IMG/VR virus record: IMGVR_UViG_3300043410_001024
Location: 1 to 64,000 of that record
DNA: 64,000 nucleotides
Source: a virus
Reading direction: 5' to 3' (one strand)
Below the pieces are notes generated by a model, which did not search any database, was not told where the DNA came from, and saw only the letters and a program-made list of their open reading frames with translations. Both the position numbers and the translations under genes were made by a program. Positions 44,687 to 55,632 of the stretch are shown here, one piece after another. Position 1 is the stretch's first letter, and every line of letters begins with the position of its first letter.

Positions 44687-45675
44687 GATATATCTGCCGT
44701 GTATGTTGAAGGGAATAATCTTCCTGGATTATTAACATCGATCGGTACAGTTGTCCATATTAGCTTAACAGCACCCCAGCCTGCCTTTCCAGGGTTACCT
44801 GGCCAGGATGTACCAGGACCGCCACTGCCACCGCCATATAATCCTCCCCAGCAATTACTATTTCCACCTTCACCACTGCTTGTTGCTGGGTTCTCACCAC
44901 TCATTCCTCTAGAACCTCCACTTCCGCCTGCACCACCACCACCGTAACCCGCAGTAGTTGTAAAATTAATAGTATTGCCACCAGTATATTGATTACCGTG
45001 CCACCAGCCGCTAGCTGTATCACCTTTACCATGTATACCGGTACCACCACCCGCACCTGTGCCGTATGTCGAACTATAGGATCCGCCGCCGCACGAGCCG
45101 CCTGAGTTTGCCGCAGGCAACGAATTAGTATCGCCACCATTCCCTGTATAGCCACCCGCGCCACCGCCGCCATTCCAACTTGATGATGTGCCGCCAGCGC
45201 CGCCCCCGTCACCGTACCAGCCACCGCCGTAACCGTTCTTGTTTGGCCCGGATGAATCGGATCCGGAGGTGGCGTTTCCGCCGCCGTATCCAGCAACGGT
45301 AGTTGTAGATATAAAATAGCTATTTCCGCCTAGTCCGCCATTCTTAGCTCCTCCGTCACCAACAACAACAGTATATGATGTTCCTGGTATAACTGGGATA
45401 TTATTCTTCCAACCTAGGCCGCCACCTGCGCCAGAACAATTTGACCAACCGGTATATCCACCACCACCTCCACCGATACATACAACCGAAACTACCGTTA
45501 CTGAACCTGGGCAAACCCAAGTATACGATCCTGGTCTAGAATAGGTTATTTGGCCACAGTTATCTTTGGTTAATGGGATTACACCACTGGTAGTACCAGC
45601 GGTGCTTGTAAGCTGTGTAAAACCAGTGGTAGTATTAGTCAAACCAAAAGAATTAGAAAATTGTTTAAAAAACAT
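44683..45675 (-). CDS. Glycine-rich fibre/adhesin domain protein
   Basis: YTWVCP..V..VSVVCIGGGGGG, GGGLGWKNNIPV.PG, GAVKLIW. Confidence 0.75.
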   Translation of the reverse strand: MFFKQFSNSFGLTNTTTGFTQLTSTAGTTSGVIPLTKDNCGQITYSRPGSYTWVCPGSVTVVSVVCIGGGGGGYTGWSNCSGAGGGLGWKNNIPVIPGTSYTVVVGDGGAKNGGLGGNSYFISTTTVAGYGGGNATSGSDSSGPNKNGYGGGWYGDGGGAGGTSSSWNGGGGAGGYTGNGGDTNSLPAANSGGSCGGGSYSSTYGTGAGGGTGIHGKGDTASGWWHGNQYTGGNTINFTTTAGYGGGGAGGSGGSRGMSGENPATSSGEGGNSNCWGGLYGGGSGGPGTSWPGNPGKAGWGAVKLIWTTVPIDVNNPGRLFPSTYTADIS

Positions 45676-45677
45676 AA

Positions 45678-48600
45678 TTATTGACTCTCCTTGATAGTTA
45701 ATAACACTGCAATAACATTTGGGGTATCACATGATGCTTTAATACTATAACCATTTGGAACTTGATAAACAGTTTCACTACGGAATAACCCAGTTGTGGT
45801 ATCGCTTGGACTAAGTGTCTGACCATTGTTTAAATAAAATACGTTACCAGCATTATCATCTAATGTTAAATAGAATTTGACATCGTCTGGTAATCCGTAT
45901 GCGGTGTAAGTATTATTAAGTGATGCGGTTGAGTTATATAACTGCCATGAATTTTTACCAGTTCTGTATAATACAATCCATCCACTACCAATTGTCGCAA
46001 CTTGGGTTGATTGATAAGTGGTCGAATCAACGGTGTTAAAATTATAGTTAAATGCTTGTTGGTCAATTTGTGCTGTGTTTTGTAAAGTAACAGCATATCC
46101 CATTTTACTGGCAACGATTTGTGCCCATCTATGGCTAGTATATAACGATACGGTCATCAAACTACCCGTTGCTGATGATAATGTTAATGCACTTCCACCG
46201 ACTGACGTACTTACTGAAAACGTGGTAGAGGTAAATCCAGATAATACATAGTACGTTGTACCAGCGCCTATACCACCGTATGCAGTACCATTAAATCTAA
46301 CCGCCATATTAGTATACATACCAGTTGTACTTGCAACGGTGATTAAATTTCCAGTAGAATTAGTTGATAAAACTGATTGTGGCGCCCATTGGGTGTAATA
46401 TCCTTGCCAATCATTTAAACGACCATTAATTGACGCATATATTCTTGGGGTTCCGAGATATTCATCATACATCATTGCAACTTGCGTACCAGATTTAGAA
46501 CCACAATGAACATGCATTGGTGTACCCCATCCTTGAGTAACTTGGCTTTCACCACCGGTTTTTCCATTTAATGGGTAGGCCGTTGTGGTAAAACTACTTA
46601 AGTTGGTGGCAACCGCATATGCAGCACTCATACCATGCAGTGCATAGTTAGCGGCACTACTAGGGAAGTATGATCCAATTATTCTCCATAGCCCTCTTGA
46701 GAAAGTTAACGAGCACGGGGTATCTTGAATCAATTTGAAATTTGGCCGATAACCGATAGTCCAGGTACCGTCACCGAAATTCATACCAGTGTTACCCAAA
46801 TCACTCCATGTAGAACCATTAAACAACCCCATACGCATAAAGGTTCCACTGCTACCCATGTACAACAAATACGCCATTTCTGTGGTGGCTGTTGCACTCG
46901 TTTGTTCACTAAAGTATACCATGTTACATAGTGCACCGCCACTCATACCTACTAAATTTTGTTGTGATTTTAAAGTTGGTAATTGGGTATAAGATGTCAT
47001 TGCTTCAGTAACTAACGCGAGACAGTTGTTACCAAATGTGCCATTAGTGTTATGTGGCCCGTAGCTTGTATGTGGATACACTCTATTCCCATATTCAATA
47101 CCGATTAGTAATCTACCGGTTGGTGTTACTTGGATTTGGGTTGCGGCATAAATGTAATTTAATGATGCATTCATTGAGCTGAGAAGTACTTCACTCAATA
47201 CAACACCAGATGTATTCATTGCGTAAATTCTACCACCTTGGCATACCATCCAGCATCCTGCCGGTTCATTCCACGCATATCCCTCACCGTAGTCATATCC
47301 CCATGGCAAGTAGTTACCAGTGTGGGCGGTTTGGCCAACGCTTGTGGTACTACCAGTCGAATTAATACGTGCTTTGTAATTGCCAGATGCGTTTGCATTA
47401 ATAGTTGCAGGATCATAATATATGTATAATGGGCGACTATTAAATGGATACCATTTAGTCGAATAGCGAACAGTGTTAACACTTTCACTTAATCCATTGA
47501 TTAAATTAGTTGCCACACCTGCACTATCATAACATACTAAACACCCGTATTCACCAACAAATACAACTCTTTCATCACCCCATTGGTAATGTTCAGATAT
47601 ACTCTTCATAGTAGTGTGTTGTGTCGTAAGCTGGGTTCTGGTGTTAGATAATGTCGTTGAGCTGGTTTGACGATAGAAAGTCACTAATCCGTCAGACGCG
47701 CCAGTTCCAGTGGTGGCTGCAATAACTGCGTTAACGTTGGTTCCTGTCGATAAACACGCACATTCTAATCCAGAGTGGGCGGAACTGACAGCGGTTAATG
47801 ATACAGCGGTGGCTGCACTGGTCCATGCGTTAGTACTTGAGTTAAAGTTGAATGCAATTGCTTGGCTAGCGGTGGCAGAGGTTGTTACTGCAAACAAGTA
47901 AGGGGTAACGTTTGCTGTTGCAGTTTTTACCATTTTACACATACCAATATTGTATGTTGATTGTGCAATACCAAGACTTTGTATAGAACCTGCAGTAGAA
48001 ATTGCGCCAGTGTTTGCCATGTTAAATGCCTGCGCACTCCAGTTACCAACCGCCGTACCTGATGCAACAATTACTTTATCAGTATTGTCTGGGACGATTT
48101 CAAGTGCAAATGGATATGCATTGGCGTTCCCAAATGCGGTTGACATATCTAAACTGGTAACAAGGTGGTCAACAGTGTTACCCGTAATAGTAAATCTCAT
48201 TAAATATTTAGTAGTACGTTGTTGGCAAACAACTGCCACTTTAGTTGCGGTAAGTGCAATTGCTCTCCAGCAAGGTTGTTGCCAGGAGGTTGAACTACCG
48301 TTAGGTGCAGACCATAAGTTATAGCTAAAATCACTAAACCAAGCAACTGGTAACGTGTGGTTTTGGATTGGTCCAGCCACGTATTTGTTAGTTTGATATT
48401 CAACAATTTGTGTGTGGATCATATTTCCACCAAAGAAATCTAAACTTCCACAACGGTGATGTGAATGAGGAAGGAAAAATAACAATACACGATTTGCACT
48501 TAATTGTACTTGATACGGTTCACCCCATCCGTATGTGCTTGCGCCACTATAACTAATAATAGGATTAACATTTGAACCAAATGGTGTCCATTCTTGTGCA

Positions 48601-48770
48601 CCGCTAGCGGTTGAGTTAATTGTTGCATTATTTTGCACACCATTGATATTAACTGCACGTAACTCTGCGCCTGCACCAGTGGCGTTTGTGTAAACAGATG
48701 ATAATGTACTAGTAATTGTATTATTAATTACTGATTTGTTAATTGTTGGTGCTGTATATATTCTACCCAT
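45678..48770 (-). CDS. Large structural/receptor-binding protein, 1030 aa
   Basis: Thr/Ser/Asn-rich beta protein in the fibre cluster; its termini resemble the small adaptor proteins. Confidence 0.7.
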   Translation of the reverse strand: MGRIYTAPTINKSVINNTITSTLSSVYTNATGAGAELRAVNINGVQNNATINSTASGAQEWTPFGSNVNPIISYSGASTYGWGEPYQVQLSANRVLLFFLPHSHHRCGSLDFFGGNMIHTQIVEYQTNKYVAGPIQNHTLPVAWFSDFSYNLWSAPNGSSTSWQQPCWRAIALTATKVAVVCQQRTTKYLMRFTITGNTVDHLVTSLDMSTAFGNANAYPFALEIVPDNTDKVIVASGTAVGNWSAQAFNMANTGAISTAGSIQSLGIAQSTYNIGMCKMVKTATANVTPYLFAVTTSATASQAIAFNFNSSTNAWTSAATAVSLTAVSSAHSGLECACLSTGTNVNAVIAATTGTGASDGLVTFYRQTSSTTLSNTRTQLTTQHTTMKSISEHYQWGDERVVFVGEYGCLVCYDSAGVATNLINGLSESVNTVRYSTKWYPFNSRPLYIYYDPATINANASGNYKARINSTGSTTSVGQTAHTGNYLPWGYDYGEGYAWNEPAGCWMVCQGGRIYAMNTSGVVLSEVLLSSMNASLNYIYAATQIQVTPTGRLLIGIEYGNRVYPHTSYGPHNTNGTFGNNCLALVTEAMTSYTQLPTLKSQQNLVGMSGGALCNMVYFSEQTSATATTEMAYLLYMGSSGTFMRMGLFNGSTWSDLGNTGMNFGDGTWTIGYRPNFKLIQDTPCSLTFSRGLWRIIGSYFPSSAANYALHGMSAAYAVATNLSSFTTTAYPLNGKTGGESQVTQGWGTPMHVHCGSKSGTQVAMMYDEYLGTPRIYASINGRLNDWQGYYTQWAPQSVLSTNSTGNLITVASTTGMYTNMAVRFNGTAYGGIGAGTTYYVLSGFTSTTFSVSTSVGGSALTLSSATGSLMTVSLYTSHRWAQIVASKMGYAVTLQNTAQIDQQAFNYNFNTVDSTTYQSTQVATIGSGWIVLYRTGKNSWQLYNSTASLNNTYTAYGLPDDVKFYLTLDDNAGNVFYLNNGQTLSPSDTTTGLFRSETVYQVPNGYSIKASCDTPNVIAVLLTIKESQ

Positions 48771-48797
48771 TTAAAAAAATTCCTTGTTATCTATTAT

Positions 48798-49118
48798 TTA
48801 TACAGTTGATGTTTCGATTCCATACACAACCGCAGAAACAGATGTTGCACTTGAGTATGCTACAATTCGTTTAGTTGCATCTAGTACTAAACCGGTTCTT
48901 TCAACCACGCCTTTAGGTGGTATCGTTACATCGTATTCAATATATTCATTAGCGGCGGGTGATGCTGATGTCGCAAGTGCTAAACGAACTAATACTGAAG
49001 ATGAACCTCTGTTGCAAATTGAAACTGTTACCACAGCAAATGTTGTTGCAGGAACGGTATACAAGGTTGTATTTGTTGTTGCTGCTAGATCAGATGATCC
49101 TAAAATTCCTGATGCCAT
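48798..49118 (-). CDS. Small beta-sandwich structural adaptor, 106 aa
   Basis: SD GGAG; TLYTVP...SICNR...YIEYDV.IP; paralog of 62398-62727. Confidence 0.75.
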   Translation of the reverse strand: MASGILGSSDLAATTNTTLYTVPATTFAVVTVSICNRGSSSVLVRLALATSASPAANEYIEYDVTIPPKGVVERTGLVLDATKRIVAYSSATSVSAVVYGIETSTV

Positions 49119-49148
49119 TATATTTCTCCATATTTTATAATTTTGGCT

Positions 49149-49176
49149 ATATTGCTACTCCGAAGAGTAGCAATAT
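49149..49176 (-). promoter_or_regulatory. 12-bp intergenic UUCG hairpin without U tail (mRNA stabiliser/processing)
   Basis: AUAUUGCUACUC-UUCG-GAGUAGCAAUAU between co-oriented genes. Confidence 0.6.
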
Positions 49177-49183
49177 CTATTTT

Positions 49184-52100
49184 TTATACTAAAAAGTATG
49201 ATAATGATAAAGGTGAACCATCGACCCCACCTATAAAATTAAATTTACTTGTTGCATTAATCTGTACACCTGTTGTGGTCGATATAGTGTTACCTGAAAC
49301 AAACACAGTACCAGCGGTTAATGTATTTACATTTAATGAACTACCGCCACCACCAATTTGACTATTAATGTATGATTTAATTGCCTTTTGTGTCGGTACT
49401 ATACTATCACTATTTAATGTAAAGTATGGGTCAGTTGAGAACGATGTAATCGTTGCACTTGTACCACCTAATGTTACCGAACCAATAGTTAATTGATTTA
49501 ACCCAGCAATGTTAAATGCATCAGCATTCAATGTTGCAACCCCAGTTGACTGTTGAACTGAGAATAAGTTCCCAACGTTAAAGTTACCATCTTGGTCAGT
49601 ACTAGTAAAGAATACGCGTCCACCACCAAATTGTACAGTTTGTTTAGTACTATCAACCGCTAAATTTGGTGTACCTGGGTAATTTGTATTTGCAATATTA
49701 CCTGTACCAATGTTCAAGAAGTCATGACCAGTTAATCTAACTTGGCTATATTTAATACGCATTGTTGCAGCTGTCGTATGAGTAGGTGCAAGTGCGGTTG
49801 TCATAGCCGGACTAACTTGTATTGTTGCATTATATGGTGCGATTCCACCGCCTGAACTTAAATAGTTTGTGATAGCAACGACTTTATATACGGTTGAATT
49901 ACCAGCGAATACAACATTTGAACCTGCAATTGGTTGACTTGTTAATCCTGATACGTTAATATAACTGCCAATTTGGTACATATCAGCATATCCATTACCG
50001 GTTACGGTGGCGGTTGATGATGCATATTGTGTTCCTCTATTGGTAAATGTTGGATTAGCTAATACACCAGTCCCAGTTCTAACTGTATATGTAAATGCTG
50101 TTGTTGCGTTTGGATCAGTAATAGTTAATGTTGGCGTTGAACCATAACTACTTCCTGGTTCAATAATTCTAAATTCACTAATAGCACCATTTGCTACTTT
50201 TACACGTCCTCTAGTTGTTGTACCAATATTTAAATAATATCCAGTTGTTGACGATTGTGGTAATAAAACCCATCTTGGTATATTATTAGGATTTCCAAAT
50301 ACAATCACAGAATTAGTTGAGCTTGGAATTGTTCTAGAAGTCCAAAATACCCCATCTTCGGATGTTTGAAAACTGGTTACTGCTCCTGTATAATTAATCC
50401 CTGCAAATATTCCTTGACCATATCCAAGTTTGTATGCACTGTCAGGATGTCTAGAATCGTACCAAGTAATACCATCAAAAGAGTATGCTGACCGTTCCGG
50501 TGCTACCGCTACAAATCGGCCATTACCGTATGTAACAGTTGACCAGTTAGCAACGCTAATAGTAGTCGCAGTCCAAGTTGCGCCGTCATTTGTTGAATAC
50601 GCTGCATAAGTTGAACTAAGTGCCATAGTGACCCATATTCCTGCACCGTAAGCTGGTGCTATCCAGTTAGCCGATACTACTGGTAAAGCGCCACCTGCTG
50701 TCCATGATACACCACCATTTGTTGAAATGTTGGTGGTTCCTGCGTATGCTACACCAACAAATATACCATTTCCGCTACCAAATGCATGTGATGTACCTGT
50801 TGTAAATGCACCACCTGCTGTCCACGATGTACCACCGTTTGTTGAATAACTTGTGATATTACCTGACCGTGCAATCCATGTGCCTACACCACTAACAACG
50901 CCATATTTAATATCCTGCCAAATAGCTGAAGAAGTTAACGCACCTCCTGCTGTCCAAGTAATACCGTCGGAACTAACTAATGTTGCCGTACCGGATGTTT
51001 CTGATACCGCTACATATTTTCCGCCTGCACCAACACCACTATATGTAAAGTTATTAATTACGCCAGTACCGCTAACTACGTTGGTTACTGTAATTGTAAT
51101 ATTATTAGTTGCGGTTCCACCTAAACTTGTTCCTGCAATTGTTAATGTATTACCAATTGCATATCCGGTACCACCAGAAACCAATGTTACTGCATATGCA
51201 ACACCAGTTCTTACAACTGTAAATGTTGCACTAGAACCCGCGCCACCTGTTACACCTACCGCTGCGTAAGTTCCATTTATATCCCCATATGCGGCGCTTG
51301 ACCAAGCGTTTGATGTAATGGTTGTTGCAGTTGCGGAATACGCAGGAGCACTAAATTTAATTCTTGGTTCAATGGTATAAGTGGTTGTAACATCTAACGC
51401 GGATGCAATAGATGTACCAGAAACAGCATGATCCCATCCTGCTGCGTGTACTGTTACAGTTTGTGATGATGTATCACTTGAAATATCAAATACTGTTCCA
51501 GCAGCAATTGTACTAATACTAAATTGTGTGGTACTTGAAATAGTTTTAACGTAATATAAAGTATTCGCTGAAATATTAGCAAGTGCTGCACCAAAATAAA
51601 TCGGCATGTTTGCGGTTAACGTACTCGTACTTGCAACTGTGATTAAGTCCGAACTTGCAGTTGTAGCAGTTGCGGTCATATCAGGGAAACTTTCTTTCGC
51701 AACTAACGCAATTTTTGAACCTGAGTTGTAACTTACAATGTAACCACTTTGTCCAGCACCAGCGCCACCATTTAACTGAATTCTCATACCGGTATATGCA
51801 GAACTAATTGCACTATCAGTTGCCGCAATGGTGATTTGTGTTGTATTACCAGCTTGTCCAGTATTTGATGTTGTTACATAGTTTGCACCATTTGTTAATA
51901 AACGAGTTTCATATACAGCATTATCTCTAAATTCATTACCAACTGTTGTAACGCCGTAACCAGTACCAACGAATGAGTAAGTTGCGGTATTATATCCGGT
52001 ACCAGCATTTAAGTATTCAACACGATAAATTTTATCAACCGCATTAGTTACAACATTTGAAATAATTGCTTGACTAGAACGATTGTTAACGGTCGCGGTC

Positions 52101-55100
52101 AATGCTGTTTCAGATGAATCAACTCCCTCCGCAACAGTACCGTATGTACCGTAAGAACTATTACCATTTGTTGCACGAATTTTACCACCATTTTCAGCTA
52201 GGTAACCAATATGTCCGTAGTATGAAAATACCGATACCAATTCAGTCAATGCATTCGTACCTGTACACCACACACCGATACCATCACTTATAATTTGTGT
52301 AAAATCATTAGCAACAATTGAACGATTTCCACCGTTATGCAAAGTACCGTCAATTTTTAATCCAGTACAAGCAGTACCAAAAGTGGTTACATTTTGAATA
52401 TATGGACTGCGAGACGTAATCCAAGCACGCGAATCTGCGGTACCCCATCCTGGGTCTAAACTAACATAAGCACCAGCGGTTGGACGTTGTGTTCCATATG
52501 CATTAGCAGTTCCTAAAGTTCCAGATAATCCTTGTACAGTTAAGTTACGAATACCAGTTGCATTACGCACATAGAACATATCTTCTAATACTGATGTTTG
52601 TACGCTCCGTCTATAATAACGAGCCGCCAATAATGTTCTATAGTTTCCAGTATAAACTAGATCGTATTTCATTGCGTTAACTAATTCTCTAACGTCACGC
52701 GCACAAGCGGTGGAATCATATGATAATTTTATAGTAAACGACATTCCAGAGGTTGCTGACCATGTCAACGCTGTACCACCAGAGGTTGCCGCAACAGTGA
52801 TAACATTAGCTGCCGAGGTTTTAACATAGTATACAGTTCCGACCACGATACCTGATGCGCCAACGGTTCCGCTAAACACAACTGGCATACCGACCGCAAA
52901 GTTAGTTGAACTTGCAACGGTAATATTACCATTAGTCGCGGTTGCTGACACGGTTGTGCTGTATGTATAATTTGTATACGCAACAGCTTCTTGAGCCAAG
53001 AATTCTTTATTTGCTTCTAATACTTCAACCGCGTCATAGTATGCTTGTGTTGCGGTTGGTGTGACAGTACCAGTTAAAGATGGTGCTGAACCAGAACTAT
53101 TAATGTAATAGTTAATATAATCTTTATAATTAGTAAATAACGCAACAGCTGCCGTACCCACAGTTGAATTACTTGCTGGGCGGGTGGTAACTGGTGTTAA
53201 CGCATTTCCAGAGGTTGGGGTCACTGTTAAATTTTGTACCAAATTTGAGATAATAGCACTTAATCTGGTTACTGCGGCTAAACTATATGTTGTATCAGTT
53301 GTTGCAATTGCTGTACTTTTTGGTCTAATATTTGATGAACGTAATTCGTCACCAACTAACGCGGTGTTAGCAGGTACAATAATTGGCAATGTTTCATAGT
53401 AGATACCAGTTTTTACAAAAATTGTATAAGTTGTATTAACAACCGCTGGAATATTAGTATTAACACCTGCAGTAATTGCATCGGTGATAACTTTAACTAA
53501 GTTTGTTACTAATGTGGTAACACCAGATTCCAATGTTTTTGTCGAATCACTAACACGAGTTACAGTTGCTTGATATGTTGTACCAGGTGCAGTGTTTGCA
53601 ATAACGGCATTAATTACTGATACCATTTGATTGTATCCAGCAACGTCTTGTGTTTTTTGGTTAGTCAACTGTGTATATGTTCCACCAACATAAGCTTGGG
53701 CGGCGGCCACTGAACGAGCATTACCACCGTGTGATAAGTCGTAAACTAATGCATCGATTACATAACCAATATCTCGTTCACAAGTTGCTTGAACGTAAGA
53801 GAATCCTGCAAATGGTGCGATACTATTTGTAACTTGATAGTTAATCCATGCGATTACTTCTTTTTGGATATAACTTCTGTTTCTTGCCAGTAAATAAGAA
53901 CCATTTGGATTTAATGCCCCTCTTTCAACTTGTTCGGTTGCATAACGTACAGTTAACCAAGGACGATCTAGGGTAACACCATAATCTGGTGCTGGGTTAT
54001 TTACACCGGCGGGACTAACATAATATACTTGGTCAATAACACCAAAGTAGCTCCACGATGGAACTAATGATGACGAAACTTTTAAAATTTGTCCAGCGGC
54101 ACCAACAGCTAATCTTGCTGGTCCAGATTGACTCATATAAGGAATATCACCAGTGGTGGTTAACACAGAGGTTGATGAACCAGCTGATAATACGTTCCAA
54201 TATGTACCAGTTGAATCGTTATCTGGTCTGTTTATAGTAGCACCGGTATGCGCCAAAATACAAATATAAGAGTTTGCACCAAATGATACTGAGTCGCCAG
54301 CAACATATCCAGTCGAGGTTGCCCAAGTTGCAGCATACCCAGTCGCGGTAATAGTTGCAATTGCACTACCAGAAATTGTGGCAATTGTAATTAAGATATC
54401 GTTAAATGGACTTAACCCACCAACTTGTGTACCTAAAATTTTAATAGTGGTCGATGCGCTATAGCCAGTACCGGGTGCATTCAAGGTAACTGAATACGAT
54501 GTACCGACAGTGCTTACGTTAAATGTGGCACTGTTACCTGTTGCTGTTACGTTAGTTCCAGCCACAGCGGTATATGATTTATTAACGTTTGCCCATTTAA
54601 TACCAGAATTCAATCGTGACCAATATGTTAAATTAGGAGGTGTATTACCTGAACTTGATGTATGGTCTAAAACGGCAACATAAGTGTATCCACCTAGTCT
54701 TGTAACATTACCAACTTGATAAGATTGTGCGGCTGCCCAATCACCAATAAAGTTAAATCCAGTGGTAAATAATCCCCAGTTCGAGGTGCTTGTAGACGGA
54801 ATTGCGTTGCTGTTTATTGTTTTACTAATATAAGAATACCCGCCATACCCAACGATGTCACCTGGTTGATAAGTTGTAGCACTCGACCATGTATTCTCGT
54901 AAGTCAACCCTTCGATAAATCTTGCCCAGTTTGCCTCAATAAATGATGCACTTGACGTATGATAGGTTGTACAAATCCAAACATCTGCGCCAAAATTAAC
55001 TAAGTCATTAGCTTTATATCTAACAGAGCTACCACTCCATTGACCTAAGTAATCAAACCCTTTGTGGTATACATCCCAGTACCCAATATTAGTTTCTAAT

Positions 55101-55582
55101 CCCAATGTTGCGGTTGCAGCTGAAACGTGATTGGTGTTACAAACGTATACAATACCCCCATATTTTACTACTTCATTTACTCTGTATTTTGTTGACGTTG
55201 TCCACGTTGATTGCCATTTAAATCCGGTGGCATATACATCCCAACTACTTGCATTGGCGTCTAAACCTAATGCGGTGGTTGCAGCTGATGTATGTGTTGA
55301 TGTACAAATATATAATTTTCCACCATATTTCACTACATCATTTAATCGATAGTATGTATTAATAGTCCAATCTGACATCCATGCAGTACCATCAGATACC
55401 TGGTTCCATCGTGTTGGAACGTTACTAATATCTGTAGTAAAATCTGCAGAGCTGGTATGCCCAACGATACATACGTATGTTTTACCACCATTTCTAACAA
55501 TATCGTCTTTTAAATATGCGGTTGAAGCTGCCCAAGCGCCCTTCCATATAAAACGTATTCTACCTAATTTAAATTCAGCCAT
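49184..55582 (-). CDS. Giant tail fibre/virion protein A, 2132 aa
   Basis: N-terminal W..Y..D.V.YGG..Y.C...H repeats (CBM5/12-like), pectin-lyase-like core (SPYIQNVT, ANDFTQ), BNR-like S.DG.TW repeats, C-term SQVRLTGHDFL module; late motif 55620-55614. Confidence 0.8.
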   Translation of the reverse strand: MAEFKLGRIRFIWKGAWAASTAYLKDDIVRNGGKTYVCIVGHTSSADFTTDISNVPTRWNQVSDGTAWMSDWTINTYYRLNDVVKYGGKLYICTSTHTSAATTALGLDANASSWDVYATGFKWQSTWTTSTKYRVNEVVKYGGIVYVCNTNHVSAATATLGLETNIGYWDVYHKGFDYLGQWSGSSVRYKANDLVNFGADVWICTTYHTSSASFIEANWARFIEGLTYENTWSSATTYQPGDIVGYGGYSYISKTINSNAIPSTSTSNWGLFTTGFNFIGDWAAAQSYQVGNVTRLGGYTYVAVLDHTSSSGNTPPNLTYWSRLNSGIKWANVNKSYTAVAGTNVTATGNSATFNVSTVGTSYSVTLNAPGTGYSASTTIKILGTQVGGLSPFNDILITIATISGSAIATITATGYAATWATSTGYVAGDSVSFGANSYICILAHTGATINRPDNDSTGTYWNVLSAGSSTSVLTTTGDIPYMSQSGPARLAVGAAGQILKVSSSLVPSWSYFGVIDQVYYVSPAGVNNPAPDYGVTLDRPWLTVRYATEQVERGALNPNGSYLLARNRSYIQKEVIAWINYQVTNSIAPFAGFSYVQATCERDIGYVIDALVYDLSHGGNARSVAAAQAYVGGTYTQLTNQKTQDVAGYNQMVSVINAVIANTAPGTTYQATVTRVSDSTKTLESGVTTLVTNLVKVITDAITAGVNTNIPAVVNTTYTIFVKTGIYYETLPIIVPANTALVGDELRSSNIRPKSTAIATTDTTYSLAAVTRLSAIISNLVQNLTVTPTSGNALTPVTTRPASNSTVGTAAVALFTNYKDYINYYINSSGSAPSLTGTVTPTATQAYYDAVEVLEANKEFLAQEAVAYTNYTYSTTVSATATNGNITVASSTNFAVGMPVVFSGTVGASGIVVGTVYYVKTSAANVITVAATSGGTALTWSATSGMSFTIKLSYDSTACARDVRELVNAMKYDLVYTGNYRTLLAARYYRRSVQTSVLEDMFYVRNATGIRNLTVQGLSGTLGTANAYGTQRPTAGAYVSLDPGWGTADSRAWITSRSPYIQNVTTFGTACTGLKIDGTLHNGGNRSIVANDFTQIISDGIGVWCTGTNALTELVSVFSYYGHIGYLAENGGKIRATNGNSSYGTYGTVAEGVDSSETALTATVNNRSSQAIISNVVTNAVDKIYRVEYLNAGTGYNTATYSFVGTGYGVTTVGNEFRDNAVYETRLLTNGANYVTTSNTGQAGNTTQITIAATDSAISSAYTGMRIQLNGGAGAGQSGYIVSYNSGSKIALVAKESFPDMTATATTASSDLITVASTSTLTANMPIYFGAALANISANTLYYVKTISSTTQFSISTIAAGTVFDISSDTSSQTVTVHAAGWDHAVSGTSIASALDVTTTYTIEPRIKFSAPAYSATATTITSNAWSSAAYGDINGTYAAVGVTGGAGSSATFTVVRTGVAYAVTLVSGGTGYAIGNTLTIAGTSLGGTATNNITITVTNVVSGTGVINNFTYSGVGAGGKYVAVSETSGTATLVSSDGITWTAGGALTSSAIWQDIKYGVVSGVGTWIARSGNITSYSTNGGTSWTAGGAFTTGTSHAFGSGNGIFVGVAYAGTTNISTNGGVSWTAGGALPVVSANWIAPAYGAGIWVTMALSSTYAAYSTNDGATWTATTISVANWSTVTYGNGRFVAVAPERSAYSFDGITWYDSRHPDSAYKLGYGQGIFAGINYTGAVTSFQTSEDGVFWTSRTIPSSTNSVIVFGNPNNIPRWVLLPQSSTTGYYLNIGTTTRGRVKVANGAISEFRIIEPGSSYGSTPTLTITDPNATTAFTYTVRTGTGVLANPTFTNRGTQYASSTATVTGNGYADMYQIGSYINVSGLTSQPIAGSNVVFAGNSTVYKVVAITNYLSSGGGIAPYNATIQVSPAMTTALAPTHTTAATMRIKYSQVRLTGHDFLNIGTGNIANTNYPGTPNLAVDSTKQTVQFGGGRVFFTSTDQDGNFNVGNLFSVQQSTGVATLNADAFNIAGLNQLTIGSVTLGGTSATITSFSTDPYFTLNSDSIVPTQKAIKSYINSQIGGGGSSLNVNTLTAGTVFVSGNTISTTTGVQINATSKFNFIGGVDGSPLSLSYFLV

Positions 55583-55632
55583 TTAGCTACTCCAAAAATC
55601 TTTGTTGTTTTTATATTTATCTGTTATCATAA

